DNA of 64,000 nucleotides from positions 22,810-86,809 of the IMG/VR virus record IMGVR_UViG_3300033069_001247; one strand, given 5' to 3'. The notes under the pieces are model-generated. The model was not told the DNA's origin, did no database searches, and was given only the letters and a program-made list of their open reading frames with translations. How positions within the stretch are numbered: position 1 is the stretch's first letter; each line of letters opens with the position of its first letter. The translations under genes and the position numbers were made by a program. The stretch is from a virus. Taxonomy: Duplodnaviria; Caudoviricetes. This document shows positions 63,813 to 64,000 of the stretch, in pieces.

Positions 63813-64000
63813 ATGTATGCAGTGCTACCGTGTATTTATGCCGACGATCTGGCTGACGATGAGCTGGACGTACTCTGCGAAGACACAGGCAACAGTGGTG
63901 ATGACTCGTTTGTTACACCACTCTCGCTGTTACAGGAGATCATCGAATCAAACGATACCGGTGATATCGAATCAAACGATACCGACGACGATAACGACGA
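63813..64000 (+). CDS. Acidic hypothetical protein, 3'-truncated by the window
   Basis: Open frame MYAVLPCIYADDLADDELD...IESNDTGDIESNDTDDD; no clear RBS. Confidence 0.4.
   Translation, partial: MYAVLPCIYADDLADDELDVLCEDTGNSGDDSFVTPLSLLQEIIESNDTGDIESNDTDDDND

Noticed and set aside
63942-63984. 19-nt direct repeat x2 as a possible CRISPR or att site
   Set aside because: Only two copies with a 24-nt period, in frame within an acidic ORF (IESNDT); no spacers or cas genes.
1-64000. Host assignment (for example Planctomycetota)
   Set aside because: GC level, the GT set and the DUF1257/DUF2997 genes are only suggestive; nothing in the window is diagnostic.

Overview
All 64 kb reads as one co-directional (+ strand) segment of a large myovirus-type (contractile-tailed, probably jumbo) phage or prophage genome of moderately high GC. 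In order: (1) a phage multisubunit RNA polymerase whose first ORF runs in from the window edge and looks like a beta C-terminus fused to the catalytic N-terminal half of beta-prime, while the C-terminal half of beta-prime is a separate gene with a LAGLIDADG intein in the bridge helix; (2) a head module with prohead protease, scaffold-like and internal proteins, decoration protein and HK97-type major capsid protein; (3) neck, sheath, tube, central spike, tail chaperones and tape measure; (4) a baseplate cluster with an embedded sigma70-family factor; (5) five paralogous Cys-rich tail/baseplate proteins, then a fibre with Gly/Pro/Ser/Thr repeats; (6) four tandem glycosyltransferases; (7) after an AT-richer gap, a non-structural block with a Ycf46-like AAA+ ATPase, a DUF1257-like and a DUF2997-like gene. 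Best candidates for new biology: a K-x-A-[A/S] motif concentrated in head-module proteins (putative protease processing or packaging code), a fibre-plus-glycosyltransferase cassette (putative virion glycosylation), and a fused/split, Cys-free beta-prime. No terminase, portal, tRNA or CRISPR array was recognised. All family assignments come from motif recognition by eye; no database searches were run.
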